Shown: positions 29,068 to 39,750, numbered from the stretch's first letter. The stretch is DNA of 64,000 nt from a virus (IMGVR_UViG_3300025101_000019:109351-173350); one strand, 5' to 3'. Notes: generated from the sequence alone by a model not told the origin. A program made the numbers and translations.

Positions 29068-30155
29068 AAACTTTCTACTTTCTTAAGTGCGGATGCGATT
29101 ACTTGATGCATATCATAGTATTTGTACTCTGCCAACCTACCACCAAATATTACTTTATCTTGACCATCCGCAAGTTTTTTATATTTGTTATACATCTCAT
29201 TGTTAATTTTATCATTTACAGGATAATATGGTTCTACCCCTCTTTCGTAAAGTTGTGGATATTCCCAACTAACATAAGTTCCTTTTTGATTCTGATTATC
29301 AAAATGTTTATGTTCTATGGTTCGAGTATAAGGTGTTTCTGAATCCGTATAGTTCATTAATGCACATCCTTGATAATTATCTTTTGATTTATACATTTTA
29401 TGCATCCAATGTAAAGACTTGTATTCTAAGTCACCATATTTGTAATCGAAGTACTTATCAATCGGACCTGTATAAATTACTTTATTACCCATATCATCCC
29501 AAAAGTCTTTTTTATCAAAATAATCCGTTTCTGTAAATACTTCAATACCTTCTAATAGTCTTTCAAATATCTGAGTGTATCCACCGATTGGTATTCCTTG
29601 ATATTTGTCATTGAAGTAATTGTTATTATATGTGTATCTTACAGGCAATCTTTTGATAATTGACTTTGGTAACAACTTAGCTGGCTTCATCCATTGTTTT
29701 TGGGTGTAACCTTTTATTAACTTTTCGTAAATGTCGTCACCAACAAGTGCTTTCGCCTGTTCTTCTAAATTAGTTGGAGTATCCTTAAATCTTTGTGATT
29801 CAATCCTTTGTTTTGCTCCTTCGGGTGTCGTTACACCCCACATTTTGTTGAATGTATACATATTGAAAGGTAACGGATATATTTCACCCTTATAGTTTGC
29901 AACTATATTCAATTGGAATTGATGAAAATCTACAAACTGATTTATCCAATGCCAAACCTTATCATTATTTGTATGAAATATATGTGGTCCATATTTGTGT
30001 ACATGAATACCTTCTATTTCTTCGGTATAACAATTACCACCGATGTGGTCTCGTTTTTCTAATACAAGAACCTTTTTACCTTTTTCTCTAAGTTCGTATG
30101 CACATACTGCACCAAAGAATCCAGAACCTACAATAATGTAATCGTATTTAGCCAT
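29064..30155 (-). CDS. glf: UDP-galactopyranose mutase
   Basis: GSGFFG, HIGGN, YGPHIFHT, YYP, GRLAEYKYYDMHQ. Confidence 0.95.
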   Translation of the reverse strand: MAKYDYIIVGSGFFGAVCAYELREKGKKVLVLEKRDHIGGNCYTEEIEGIHVHKYGPHIFHTNNDKVWHWINQFVDFHQFQLNIVANYKGEIYPLPFNMYTFNKMWGVTTPEGAKQRIESQRFKDTPTNLEEQAKALVGDDIYEKLIKGYTQKQWMKPAKLLPKSIIKRLPVRYTYNNNYFNDKYQGIPIGGYTQIFERLLEGIEVFTETDYFDKKDFWDDMGNKVIYTGPIDKYFDYKYGDLEYKSLHWMHKMYKSKDNYQGCALMNYTDSETPYTRTIEHKHFDNQNQKGTYVSWEYPQLYERGVEPYYPVNDKINNEMYNKYKKLADGQDKVIFGGRLAEYKYYDMHQVIASALKKVESL

Positions 30156-31278
30156 TCAATCCTCTTAATGCTTTAGTATGAAGTTCTTTTGGATATTCAC
30201 TTGTATCGTAATATGCGGTATCCTCTATTATAAACTGAAGATTTGGGAATGGGTTTTTTCTGTTTAAATCTACTAACATTTTAGTACATTGTAATGCTTT
30301 ACTAAAGTGTTTTCGTTCCAAGTATATTTCTGCCAATCTGGCGTATGATTCATTTCTGTCGTGACAAAACTCAACACTTTTATTCAACCACTCTATTTGT
30401 TTATCAATTTGACCCATCCACCTGTATGCAGCTGCTATTCCACAACAACACCAATAAGAAAATTCATCTTTTGTAGATGATACTAAATTATTCTCTTTGT
30501 ACTCTGGATTTACTTTATAAAGATATTGTTCAAAATAAAATATACATCGTCTTGCAAACTCTTTCCTATGGTCTTCACCAAATGGAAAATTATCACCAAG
30601 TGTATCGTGATAGGATTTTGCTATGTAGAATAAATGATAATTATCCTCTAAGACTTTATTGTTTGGGACTACATCAAGTTCTAAGTTTAATGCATCTTTT
30701 AAAAACTTCATTGGTTGTAACCAAGTTTGTCCATCGTTAGTTAGAATGTGTCTAAACTTTTTGTCTAATGGTACTCGTTGAAATCCTTCACCAACATCAT
30801 CTCTATCTAAATAAATTGTCTCATGCGCTTTTTCTGGGTAGAATGCCCATGGTTCTTTTGCATTCCATAACCAAGTTCTAAAATACTTTACACCTGGCCC
30901 TTGACATGGTACATTGAAACTCTGAATGGATGTATCGTTAAATACAGACCAATCAAAATCATCATCCACTTGTAATTGTTCGTCTGCATCAACTCTAAGT
31001 ATCCAATCACACCCATGGTCTGCACTTAATGCAGTTTTTATACAATGGTCTCTGTTTATTCCATGACCCTTCCACCAATCTAATTGATATAAGAAACCAG
31101 GTATTCCTTTAGCTTCAAAGAAGTTCTTAATTATATCTTGTGTTCCATCAGTTGAACCATTATCTTGAATAACCCAATAGTCGATATACTCGTAAACACT
31201 CTCTAACATCCTTGTGATGACATGAGCTTCGTTATTTACCATTGTGTTAAAACAAAACTTTGCAGTAGTGTTTTTCAT
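30148..31278 (-). CDS. GT2 glycosyltransferase with TPR-like C-terminus
   Basis: MVNNE, DNGSTDGT, DADE, AHE; helical repeat C-terminus. Confidence 0.82.
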   Translation of the reverse strand: MKNTTAKFCFNTMVNNEAHVITRMLESVYEYIDYWVIQDNGSTDGTQDIIKNFFEAKGIPGFLYQLDWWKGHGINRDHCIKTALSADHGCDWILRVDADEQLQVDDDFDWSVFNDTSIQSFNVPCQGPGVKYFRTWLWNAKEPWAFYPEKAHETIYLDRDDVGEGFQRVPLDKKFRHILTNDGQTWLQPMKFLKDALNLELDVVPNNKVLEDNYHLFYIAKSYHDTLGDNFPFGEDHRKEFARRCIFYFEQYLYKVNPEYKENNLVSSTKDEFSYWCCCGIAAAYRWMGQIDKQIEWLNKSVEFCHDRNESYARLAEIYLERKHFSKALQCTKMLVDLNRKNPFPNLQFIIEDTAYYDTSEYPKELHTKALRGLNG

Positions 31279-31294
31279 AACTTATTAATTGTTT

Positions 31295-31531
31295 TTATGC
31301 AGATAGATATTCGTTTACAGGTTTTACACCAATGTGTCTTTTCACTTCAACTCCACCTTCTAATAACACAACAGTCGGTACACTTCTGATTCCGTACTTT
31401 TGTGCAAAGTCTGGTTGTTCATCTACATTTATTTTATTTACGGGAATAGTATTCCCCACCTGTTCCATTACGGGACTCAACATTTTACATGGACCACACC
31501 ATGGTGCTGAAAAGTACAAATATTCTTTCAT
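31295..31531 (-). CDS. Thioredoxin
   Basis: WCGPC, SVPT. Confidence 0.93.
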   Translation of the reverse strand: MKEYLYFSAPWCGPCKMLSPVMEQVGNTIPVNKINVDEQPDFAQKYGIRSVPTVVLLEGGVEVKRHIGVKPVNEYLSA

Positions 31532-31548
31532 TACTTACCTTTTTTTAA

Positions 31549-33333
31549 TTAACCATCACAGGATACACAATCGGGGTCTAATGCTCGTGCTGCGATATCA
31601 CCACGAAGGACAGACTCCGTTCTCATATAATATAAAGTTTTGATTCCTTGTTTCCATGCTTCTAAAGTAACTTGATTAATCCACTTTGGACTTGCTTCAG
31701 ATGGAAATGCCAGATTCAACGAAACTCCTTGGTCAATATATTGTTGTCTAACACCCGCTTGTCTAACCAATTCTAATTGATTAATCTCTTTGAATGTTTT
31801 AAAAACATCTTTGACCCAAAAGACTTGGTCTTTATCAAATGCTTCTTGAGGAATGTCTTCTCTTTTTAAGAGTTTACCATCAACATATCCCCAATCGTCC
31901 AATTCTTTAATATCTTGAACTGAACCACCATCTTCTAAAACTTTATCCCAAGTTCCTTTTTTGTTAATACCCACTTTTCTAAATACCTTTTCTAATTCAA
32001 GGTTTTTACGAATGAATGTTCCCTTTGCCGTTTGTTCCGTAAATACATTGGAAGGCCAAGGTTCAATTCCTGCGGATACATTACCACTTAATTTAGAATT
32101 AGAAACAGTAGGAGCAATTGCTCTTAAGTGTGTGTTTCTAAATCCACTATCTTTACACCATAATGGTTCACCATACTCGGTAGCCATATCTCTTGATGCT
32201 CTTTCTGATTCAATCTTTAACTGAGAAAAAATCTTACGAGTTTCAAATTGAGCAGGTAATCCTTCAAAGGAAATACCTTTTCTTTGTAAGTAAGTGTGCC
32301 ATCCTAAGACACCCAAACCTAATGCTCTACCTTTTTCTGCTGAACGAACTGCGTTTTCAAATCCTCTCATATTCTTAGCTTTTTGTAAGAATTCTGAAAG
32401 TACACCATCTAAAAAGTATGTAGCGGTGTATATTAAATCTGTATCTTTCCACTCATCGTACTTTGCTAAGTTGAGTGAGGATAAACAACAAACAAAACTA
32501 TGTGATTCATCTGTATGTAATGTGATTTCAGAACAGATGTTTGTCATATGGACTTTTAATCCATTGTTTTTGTACATTGGTGGATTTGCTTTGTTGATAT
32601 TACCTTTATACATTATATAAGGTTCACCTGTTGCTTTTCTTTTTTGAAGTACTTTACCCCATTTTCTTCTTGCTTCTGGGTCAGCTTCTTCTAATCTTCT
32701 CATAAACTTATCACCAACAACTACACATTGATGTAAATTTAAACATTGTCTGTTTACATCACCCTTTGGTTCTCTGATTTCAATCCACTCATCAAAATCA
32801 CCATGTTCGATGTTTAAGTTTACGGATGCTGCTCCTCTTCGTACTGCTCCTTGATTTGTAGCAAGGATTGTAGAATCATAAATCTTAGCAAATGGAACAA
32901 CACCATCGGATGTACCATTTTGAGTAATATTAGAACCTGCAGGTCTAATCATATTTAAACCTACACCTACTCCACCACCATGTTTGGCGAGTAACATCAT
33001 CTCTAAGTTCTTTTTACCGATATCATTTATTGAGTCTGCGACATCAATTCCAAAACAACTGATTGGTAGTCCTCTGTCTGTACCTGTATTTGATAGTACA
33101 GGTGATGCTAAATTTAACCAACCTTTCCAAATGTAATCAAAGAATTTTGATGCAAGTTGTGGTTTTTCTAATCTACGAGCTACTGCCGTTGATACTCTCC
33201 AATATGCATCTTTTGGTTTTTCTCCAGGTAGTAAATAACCATTTGATATAGTTTTTACATATATTTCTGTATTTGCCCAAACGGGAAAATCCGTACCTAT
33301 TTCCCATTCTAAATGTTCTGCGTGATTCTTCAT
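31549..33333 (-). CDS. nrdA: Ribonucleotide reductase class I alpha subunit (no ATP cone)
   Basis: PISCF, TNICSEI, VCCLSS, APT, TLYY, C-terminal CVSC; start moved to MKNHA. Confidence 0.95.
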   Translation of the reverse strand: MKNHAEHLEWEIGTDFPVWANTEIYVKTISNGYLLPGEKPKDAYWRVSTAVARRLEKPQLASKFFDYIWKGWLNLASPVLSNTGTDRGLPISCFGIDVADSINDIGKKNLEMMLLAKHGGGVGVGLNMIRPAGSNITQNGTSDGVVPFAKIYDSTILATNQGAVRRGAASVNLNIEHGDFDEWIEIREPKGDVNRQCLNLHQCVVVGDKFMRRLEEADPEARRKWGKVLQKRKATGEPYIMYKGNINKANPPMYKNNGLKVHMTNICSEITLHTDESHSFVCCLSSLNLAKYDEWKDTDLIYTATYFLDGVLSEFLQKAKNMRGFENAVRSAEKGRALGLGVLGWHTYLQRKGISFEGLPAQFETRKIFSQLKIESERASRDMATEYGEPLWCKDSGFRNTHLRAIAPTVSNSKLSGNVSAGIEPWPSNVFTEQTAKGTFIRKNLELEKVFRKVGINKKGTWDKVLEDGGSVQDIKELDDWGYVDGKLLKREDIPQEAFDKDQVFWVKDVFKTFKEINQLELVRQAGVRQQYIDQGVSLNLAFPSEASPKWINQVTLEAWKQGIKTLYYMRTESVLRGDIAARALDPDCVSCDG

Positions 33334-33344
33334 AACTTGTTTTC

Positions 33345-34337
33345 TTAAAATATGTCGTCCCAATCTTCACCTTCATTTGCCTTACTATAATCAGTAGGCC
33401 TCAAAGCGAAGAAGTCTGTATGTGTTTGTCCACCTGTTAAGTGGTAGAACCAATCTAAATTAGATGCTTTTTCCTCATCAAAGTCAAAGATACCATTATA
33501 TCCTAATTCTTTTAATTTAGAGTTTGTTCTTGATTTTATAAATTCTTTTAAATTGTCTGATTTTAGGTTTTCCAAATCACCCATCTCAAACATTTTGTCA
33601 ATGTACTTAATTTCAAGGTCAACAATTAATCTTGCTGCCTCTTCAATTGATTCTTTACATTCATCTAATAATTCAGGATATTCATCACACATATGTCTGA
33701 ATAACTGACATCCCATCTTAGAATGTAAAGATTCATCTCTTACAGACCATTTCATTTGCTGACCTATACCTTTTAACTTGTTTCTCATTTGAAATGAGTA
33801 AAGTACTGCGAATGAAGAATATAACGCCACACCCTCTGTAAATGCTGAGAATATAGCGAGTGATTTTCCTACTTCTTTTCTTGCGTCTGCATTAGATTTT
33901 AAATCTTCATGAGTATATCTGTTTGTTATACTTGCAAGGTTCTCAAATCTCTCTGCCGTTGCAGGTTCATGTAAAAATGCCTCAAAGTCTTCCAAACCTA
34001 ATGATTCGTTTAGATATGAATATGCCGTTGCGTGAATTGTTTCTTGTGAACCAAACATCATCGCCATCTGTTTTATCTCATGCTTTGGAAACCAATCGGT
34101 AACCATATTAGTCCAATAATCAGATACCGCACATTCAGTTTGTGCAAACCCAAGTAATATATTACCGACTAAGTTTTTTTCTTCAGGTGTTAAATGTTCG
34201 TTCCAATCTTTGATATCCCCTTGCATTGGAATTTCAGTATGTAACCAAAATGCCTGTGCTTGTTTCAACCACCCCTCTGTATAATATTCAGGGTATTCAA
34301 AAGGTTTAAATGGGATACGATTGTCAAATAATGCCAT
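33345..34337 (-). CDS. nrdB: Ribonucleotide reductase class I beta subunit
   Basis: ETIHATAY, EGV.LYSSF, RDESLH, DFF..RPTDY. Confidence 0.95.
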   Translation of the reverse strand: MALFDNRIPFKPFEYPEYYTEGWLKQAQAFWLHTEIPMQGDIKDWNEHLTPEEKNLVGNILLGFAQTECAVSDYWTNMVTDWFPKHEIKQMAMMFGSQETIHATAYSYLNESLGLEDFEAFLHEPATAERFENLASITNRYTHEDLKSNADARKEVGKSLAIFSAFTEGVALYSSFAVLYSFQMRNKLKGIGQQMKWSVRDESLHSKMGCQLFRHMCDEYPELLDECKESIEEAARLIVDLEIKYIDKMFEMGDLENLKSDNLKEFIKSRTNSKLKELGYNGIFDFDEEKASNLDWFYHLTGGQTHTDFFALRPTDYSKANEGEDWDDIF

Positions 34338-34396
34338 AGTAATTTTTATAGATTTATATTATACATTTATGTTCTTGTCGGTTTTAATATATATGA

Positions 34397-35755
34397 TTAA
34401 AAATCGATATCACCCGACATTTCTTTATATTTTTGCGCTAATTCCTTTCTTACTAAACTCTCCCCTTGTTTCATCTGGGTAGTAGTTTTTCTACCATCAA
34501 TGGAATCATCGTTGTAAATATGAATTTGGCCTGTTGAGAAGTTTGCTTTAGATGGGAATGTCATTCCATCTGGCCCAAACCTATTTTTAATAACATGCCA
34601 TCTACCCGTTCCTGCAAGTTTGTCTTCTATTTTACGAGATAATGATACTACAAAGTCTGCGGTCATCATTTTAGAGAATGAACCTGCGATTTTTGTACCT
34701 GTAATAATATCATCTTCTGCACCACTACGATTAATTTGTGATGCCGTATAAACGGGAACTTCATATTCACCTGCCATACCACGAAGGTCTTCGATAATTT
34801 CTTCTAACTCTTCGTGTCTTTTTTCTTTCTGAGGACCTCTAAGTAAGTCTGCGTAATCAACAATAACTACATCAGGTTTCTTACCTTGTAAAATCATCTT
34901 GTCCATATGGGCTTTTAATGATGTTACACTTGCGGTTTTGGTTGGATAATGTTTTACAACTAAGTCACCCTTTACATTTTGGACTGCCTTCTCGACATCT
35001 TCCATATTAAATTTCAAGTTTCCTACTGCTACTCCACTTAGTACGGCATCATATCTCTGACCAACATAACCTTCATTTAATTCAAGAGTATAGTGTGCTA
35101 CTATCTTCCCTTGTTTCATTGCGTTAACCCCAATGTTTACTAACGACCAAGACTTACCAATACCAGGAGGTGCTGCGAATAAAACTAACTCACCCTTACC
35201 AAAACCACCTTGTGTAATTTCATCAATAACTTGCCAACCTGTTGAGACTACATTCCTAACTGTATCTTCATATCTTTCGGTAATCATAGATTTGTACTCA
35301 TGACCAATATCAGAATCTTGACCTGCTTTCATAGCAGTATCAATGTTTTTCTTTATCATATCGTATTTCCCACTTTCTAATAATGGTACTGAATCTAAGA
35401 TTGCGTTTTTGATAGATTGATTTTTACAGAAGTCAAGAACTTGCTCTTTTACAAATTCTAAATCATCACTTTCTAAATGATTCCATGCAAATTTTAATGT
35501 ATCAACTACCGAAGTTTTTAATACATCTCTTTCTATGGTGTTTATTTTGACTTTGAGAACATCTAAGGTTGGCATCTTCTCAAATTCATGCATATACTTT
35601 AGGATATTTTTTACTAACCACTCTGCTGATTCAGCATCAAAGTACTCTGGCTTAATAATATCATATATCTGTCGTGTAAACGACCTATCTGATAATATAG
35701 AAGATATAACTTTATTCTGAAATGAGGTACTGAACTTACTTCCTAATTTTTCCAT
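34397..35755 (-). CDS. Replicative DnaB-like helicase (gp41-like)
   Basis: APPGIGKS, TLE, VDYAD, ASQINR, KNRFG. Confidence 0.93.
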   Translation of the reverse strand: MEKLGSKFSTSFQNKVISSILSDRSFTRQIYDIIKPEYFDAESAEWLVKNILKYMHEFEKMPTLDVLKVKINTIERDVLKTSVVDTLKFAWNHLESDDLEFVKEQVLDFCKNQSIKNAILDSVPLLESGKYDMIKKNIDTAMKAGQDSDIGHEYKSMITERYEDTVRNVVSTGWQVIDEITQGGFGKGELVLFAAPPGIGKSWSLVNIGVNAMKQGKIVAHYTLELNEGYVGQRYDAVLSGVAVGNLKFNMEDVEKAVQNVKGDLVVKHYPTKTASVTSLKAHMDKMILQGKKPDVVIVDYADLLRGPQKEKRHEELEEIIEDLRGMAGEYEVPVYTASQINRSGAEDDIITGTKIAGSFSKMMTADFVVSLSRKIEDKLAGTGRWHVIKNRFGPDGMTFPSKANFSTGQIHIYNDDSIDGRKTTTQMKQGESLVRKELAQKYKEMSGDIDF

Positions 35756-35760
35756 AGACT

Positions 35761-35791
35761 ACAATATACGAAATTATTTTTTAATATCAAA
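35761..35791 (-). promoter_or_regulatory. Bacteroidota sigma70-type promoter for helicase
   Basis: TTTG-N19-TATATTGT. Confidence 0.68.
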
Positions 35792-36829
35792 GTGATTCTT
35801 AAGATAATTGTCTAATGATGTAAATGAATTTCTTAACCACGAATCTACATTTGCAAATGCGGTGTATAATTTGTCATACATAAACATCTTTTTGAACTCT
35901 ACTATGTTTAGTTGAGGTTGGTGTACATCCATCATTTCTCTAACATTAGATGTAATTGATGAAGATATCTCAGGGTCAGATAATTGCATTAACCCATAAT
36001 TCATATTTATTGTATCTAAATTGTCCATAAGTTTTTTTGACAACTTCTCATCACACTCTTTAGAACATTTCTCTATGAATGTATCTAAAGAAAGGTGATT
36101 TTCCGTTAAAAACTTCATTTTAGATTCAATTGTCTTAATACCAACACCATTTACACCTTTTATGTTATCTGATTTGTCACCCATTAAAACTCTGTAAAAT
36201 ATAAGATTTTGTGCACTTACTCCGAAGTCTTCTTTAACTTCTGTTTCAGTATACATTTTCTTTTTAGTGGGTGTATACACTTGGATTCGGTGATTTACTA
36301 ATTGTAAAAAGTCCTTATCAGATGAAAGAATAGTTACCTGCTTTTCAAAGTAATGATTTGCAAGATATGCTATAATATCATCTGCTTCTACATAATCTAT
36401 ATAAGTCATTGTTATCGGTAATATCTGTAAGTACTCAATTAGTCTCTTAAATTGATTCCTCATAGATACTCGTTGGTCTTCTAAGTCCTCATATCCTGCA
36501 AGTCTATTTAACTTAGTTAACCCCGTTCTACCTTCCTTATATCCCTTATATACGGACTTTCTTCTGTTTGAACCACCTTTTCCATCAAAGACTATAATAA
36601 CACGAGTTGGTTTTAATCTTCTAATCGTTGCAGCGGTGGACAAGAGAAACCCTGTCACACCACCACAATGTTCACCATCATCATTTAAAGCAGGTACTGC
36701 TCCAAATACTCTAATGAATTGATTAAGACCATCAATGATAAGAACTCTATCATTGAGTGATTCATTTTTAGTTGTATTATATTCTTTGTTTACTTCCTTA
36801 AGAAGTTCTGCGTATTTACTATTCATCAA
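35774..36829 (-). CDS. 5'-3' flap exonuclease / RNase H (T4 rnh-like)
   Basis: IDG.N, VFDG, YK..R, EADD, SDKD, GDKSDNIKGV. Confidence 0.93.
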   Translation of the reverse strand: MMNSKYAELLKEVNKEYNTTKNESLNDRVLIIDGLNQFIRVFGAVPALNDDGEHCGGVTGFLLSTAATIRRLKPTRVIIVFDGKGGSNRRKSVYKGYKEGRTGLTKLNRLAGYEDLEDQRVSMRNQFKRLIEYLQILPITMTYIDYVEADDIIAYLANHYFEKQVTILSSDKDFLQLVNHRIQVYTPTKKKMYTETEVKEDFGVSAQNLIFYRVLMGDKSDNIKGVNGVGIKTIESKMKFLTENHLSLDTFIEKCSKECDEKLSKKLMDNLDTINMNYGLMQLSDPEISSSITSNVREMMDVHQPQLNIVEFKKMFMYDKLYTAFANVDSWLRNSFTSLDNYLKNHFDIKK

Positions 36830-37952
36830 AATCTGTTACTTCAACATTATCAATATTTGCCTCTTCACTTGATTTCTTGTATGCCATAATATATGAATTA
36901 CAGATTTCTTCGTAAAGAGATTCTTTTAGCTCAGGTCTTTCTTCGAGAATGTCTTCAAAATTCTTTGCTTGGAATTTTAGTTCCTCACCTGTCGATTTGT
37001 CAACATAAGTGTACCATGCACCACTTTGAGTTACCAACTTATATGTTTTCATCATTTGTAACCATGAACCATAATTGTCGATACCACTATCAAAGTAGAT
37101 ATCATAGTCAACTGAACGAAGAGGTGGTCCCATTCTATTCTTGATAACTTGAGCACGAGTTTTGATACCAACTACTTGGTCAACCCCACCTATTTTAGAT
37201 TTAAGTTGTCCCATAGATTTTAGTCTTAGTCTACAAGATGAGTGGAATGCTATTGCTTTACCACCACTTGTAGTCCAAGGGTCACCAAATGAAACACCTA
37301 ATCTTGTTCTTAACTGATTTGTGAATATTAATGAGATTCGTTCTCTACCAATAAGATTAGTAACTTTTCTCATAGCTTTAGAGATAATAATAGCTTTCTG
37401 AGTTGCATAACCTGCTTGGTCATAATCTGCTGATAACTCAACCTTAGTTGATGCACCAGCAACAGAGTCTACTACTATTGTTACTAACTTCTTCTTATCA
37501 GAACCTCTTACGGATTCTATGATAGAGTCGATTGCTTCAAATATATCTTCTACGGATTCAAGAGGAACATATAACATCTTTTCGATATCAATTCCAATAG
37601 CCGCCAAAAACTCAGTATTACAAGCATTCTCAGTATCTATGTAAACACCAAGACCACCCTTCTTTTGAGTGTCTGCTATTGCGTGTGCAGCTAGTAATGA
37701 TTTTCCACTTCCTTCTAAGCCAGTAATCTCAGTTATACGACCTACTGGTAGTCCACCATTTGGTCTGTTTGAGATTGCCAAATCTAACATTGGAGAACCT
37801 GTCGAAACCCACCCATCAAGGTCAGTTGGAGTTTGTTCCCCACCATCCAAGAAGTAAGCCACCTTGTGGGTGGTCTTAAACTTCTTGTTTAGATTGGTAG
37901 CTAAGATGGAAGATAGTTCATCACGAACTGATTCTTTCTTCTTCTTTGCCAT
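36819..37952 (-). CDS. RecA/UvsX recombinase
   Basis: GLEGSGKS, DTE, VDSVA, NQLR, GGKA..F, KNR. Confidence 0.95.
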   Translation of the reverse strand: MAKKKKESVRDELSSILATNLNKKFKTTHKVAYFLDGGEQTPTDLDGWVSTGSPMLDLAISNRPNGGLPVGRITEITGLEGSGKSLLAAHAIADTQKKGGLGVYIDTENACNTEFLAAIGIDIEKMLYVPLESVEDIFEAIDSIIESVRGSDKKKLVTIVVDSVAGASTKVELSADYDQAGYATQKAIIISKAMRKVTNLIGRERISLIFTNQLRTRLGVSFGDPWTTSGGKAIAFHSSCRLRLKSMGQLKSKIGGVDQVVGIKTRAQVIKNRMGPPLRSVDYDIYFDSGIDNYGSWLQMMKTYKLVTQSGAWYTYVDKSTGEELKFQAKNFEDILEERPELKESLYEEICNSYIMAYKKSSEEANIDNVEVTDFDE

Positions 37953-37955
37953 AAA

Positions 37956-38717
37956 TTATTCGTTAAATAAGTCGTCAAACGCCTCTTTTACATTACTTGC
38001 TGGAGAGGTTGCAGTTGTAGTTTCTTTAACTTCAACTTTAGGTTCTTCTTTTTTATCAGAAACTTCACCTGTATCTAACCATTCTTTCAACATTCCTTCC
38101 ATTTCCTCATAAGAAACTTTTTTGAACATATCACCAAGAACGATTTGGTCTTTAGAGGTTTCTAAAATGTTCTTATCCTCTGAGATAGGTGTTGTATTAG
38201 GTTTTACTCTGATGTATGTCTCAGGGTAAGTTTTACCTAATTCTGCAGCAGTTTTAAATTCTACTGTTACATCTCTACCATTCACAGGGTCAGTTAAATC
38301 ACCATAGTCAGGGTCAGCGAAGAATCCAAGAAGTTCTTGGTATACATTCTTACCGAATCCCCAAAACTTAACACCTTCAGACTCTTCACCTCTAACGATG
38401 ATAGGAACATAAGTTCTCATCTTTGGAGTTAATTTTCTTGAAAGTTGGTAATCGTTTCTGTCACCTGTTGCTTTCAACTTTTCTGCAAACTCTAAAATAG
38501 GGTCTGCTTCACCAAAAGAACTTGGGCTGATAATGTTTTTACCACCAAATCCAAAATGGAAATAAAGTTCGATGAACGGGTTAGAAGGATTGTGAACATA
38601 AGGAAGAATCCTTACTTGTTGTTTGCCGGGTTGTGGTTTCCACAAGTTGTCGGTCTTTGTTACTTTGGTCTGAAGAGAATTCAGACGATTGCGGATTGCG
38701 TTTAAATCAATTGCCAT
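37956..38717 (-). CDS. Single-stranded DNA-binding protein (gp32-like)
   Basis: WKP..G...VRILP, KFWGFGK, DP..GRD, acidic-aromatic tail FDDLF; next to recombinase. Confidence 0.85.
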   Translation of the reverse strand: MAIDLNAIRNRLNSLQTKVTKTDNLWKPQPGKQQVRILPYVHNPSNPFIELYFHFGFGGKNIISPSSFGEADPILEFAEKLKATGDRNDYQLSRKLTPKMRTYVPIIVRGEESEGVKFWGFGKNVYQELLGFFADPDYGDLTDPVNGRDVTVEFKTAAELGKTYPETYIRVKPNTTPISEDKNILETSKDQIVLGDMFKKVSYEEMEGMLKEWLDTGEVSDKKEEPKVEVKETTTATSPASNVKEAFDDLFNE

Positions 38718-38756
38718 AATTTACCTTTTTTAATTATTAATTATTTATGTTAGTCA

Positions 38757-38788
38757 CTAATATACAACATTTGGTTGACAAATCCAAA
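38757..38788 (-). promoter_or_regulatory. Bacteroidota sigma70-type promoter for SSB-RecA-exonuclease
   Basis: TTTG-N20-TATATTAG. Confidence 0.75.
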
Positions 38789-38871
38789 TATATTCTTAAT
38801 TATTTTTTATTTTGTTCTTTTCAGTACTACTATAAATATGTAAAAATATTTAATAACGCAGTTTATATGAA

Positions 38872-39750
38872 TTAAACAAGATTAGTTAGTAATCCCTCGT
38901 TGACGAGTTCCAAATAGTGCTTTTTGTAATCTATATCTTCCATATCACCTTGTCTTAATTCAATAGGAGTACTGTATTCTTGATTCATTGCGAGTATACG
39001 CATTGATTGTTCAAAATCAGGTATTCTATCATATAACTTCATCCCATCATAGTACTCAACAAACGGATTCTTTGCGTCCCAATTTGTATGAATCATTAAA
39101 TCTTGTTCGTACCATCTGAATCTCTTGCCTACTTGTAATGTTCCTGTTCCTGTTAACCACTTACTTCGAGGTTTACTTGAATCGTATGGATTTTGGATTG
39201 GTCGTCTAATATCTTTTTCATAATACCATGGCCACATTTCGTGTTGAAGCATCCAAACCCCATCTTTAAATTTTGTTTTAGGTGCATATGAGTGTTTAAG
39301 CATTTCTTCATGAACTTCGGAATCAAAATTAGAACCAGCTGAAATGTGCTTTACATAAGTGTAATATCTTTGAAAGGTTTTGTATTGTTCTTCTAATGGA
39401 CTATTAATGAACACAAGGTCAATACATTCCCATGCCATTCTGAATATCTTTATTACATCTTCGTGTAGTATTGGTCTAACTAAATCCCCATACTCTCCAA
39501 ACTGAACTCTAAGAAAATCTAATTGCTCTCTTGTAAAGTCATGTACTACATATATCCATTTGAAGTGTTTAGAGTCTACAAATTTTTGAATTAACTCATC
39601 ATCAGTATAACCGACTATAACCGCAGTTCTTTTTGGTTGTAAATCAACTGGTACAGATTTACCACTACCTATCTGATAATTGTCTTTATGAAAATTGTGT
39701 CTTATGATACATGATAACATATCATCAAGACCATTATAACTTTTTTGCAT
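38872..39750 (-). CDS. Hypothetical protein, N-terminus resembles a degenerate class I methyltransferase
   Basis: TAVIVG, IDLVFINS, ISAGSNF spacing; canonical acidic residues missing. Confidence 0.4.
   Translation of the reverse strand: MQKSYNGLDDMLSCIIRHNFHKDNYQIGSGKSVPVDLQPKRTAVIVGYTDDELIQKFVDSKHFKWIYVVHDFTREQLDFLRVQFGEYGDLVRPILHEDVIKIFRMAWECIDLVFINSPLEEQYKTFQRYYTYVKHISAGSNFDSEVHEEMLKHSYAPKTKFKDGVWMLQHEMWPWYYEKDIRRPIQNPYDSSKPRSKWLTGTGTLQVGKRFRWYEQDLMIHTNWDAKNPFVEYYDGMKLYDRIPDFEQSMRILAMNQEYSTPIELRQGDMEDIDYKKHYLELVNEGLLTNLV

Noticed and set aside
24204-37952. Inteins or introns in PolB, NrdA, helicase or RecA
   Set aside because: Lengths are ordinary and motifs are contiguous
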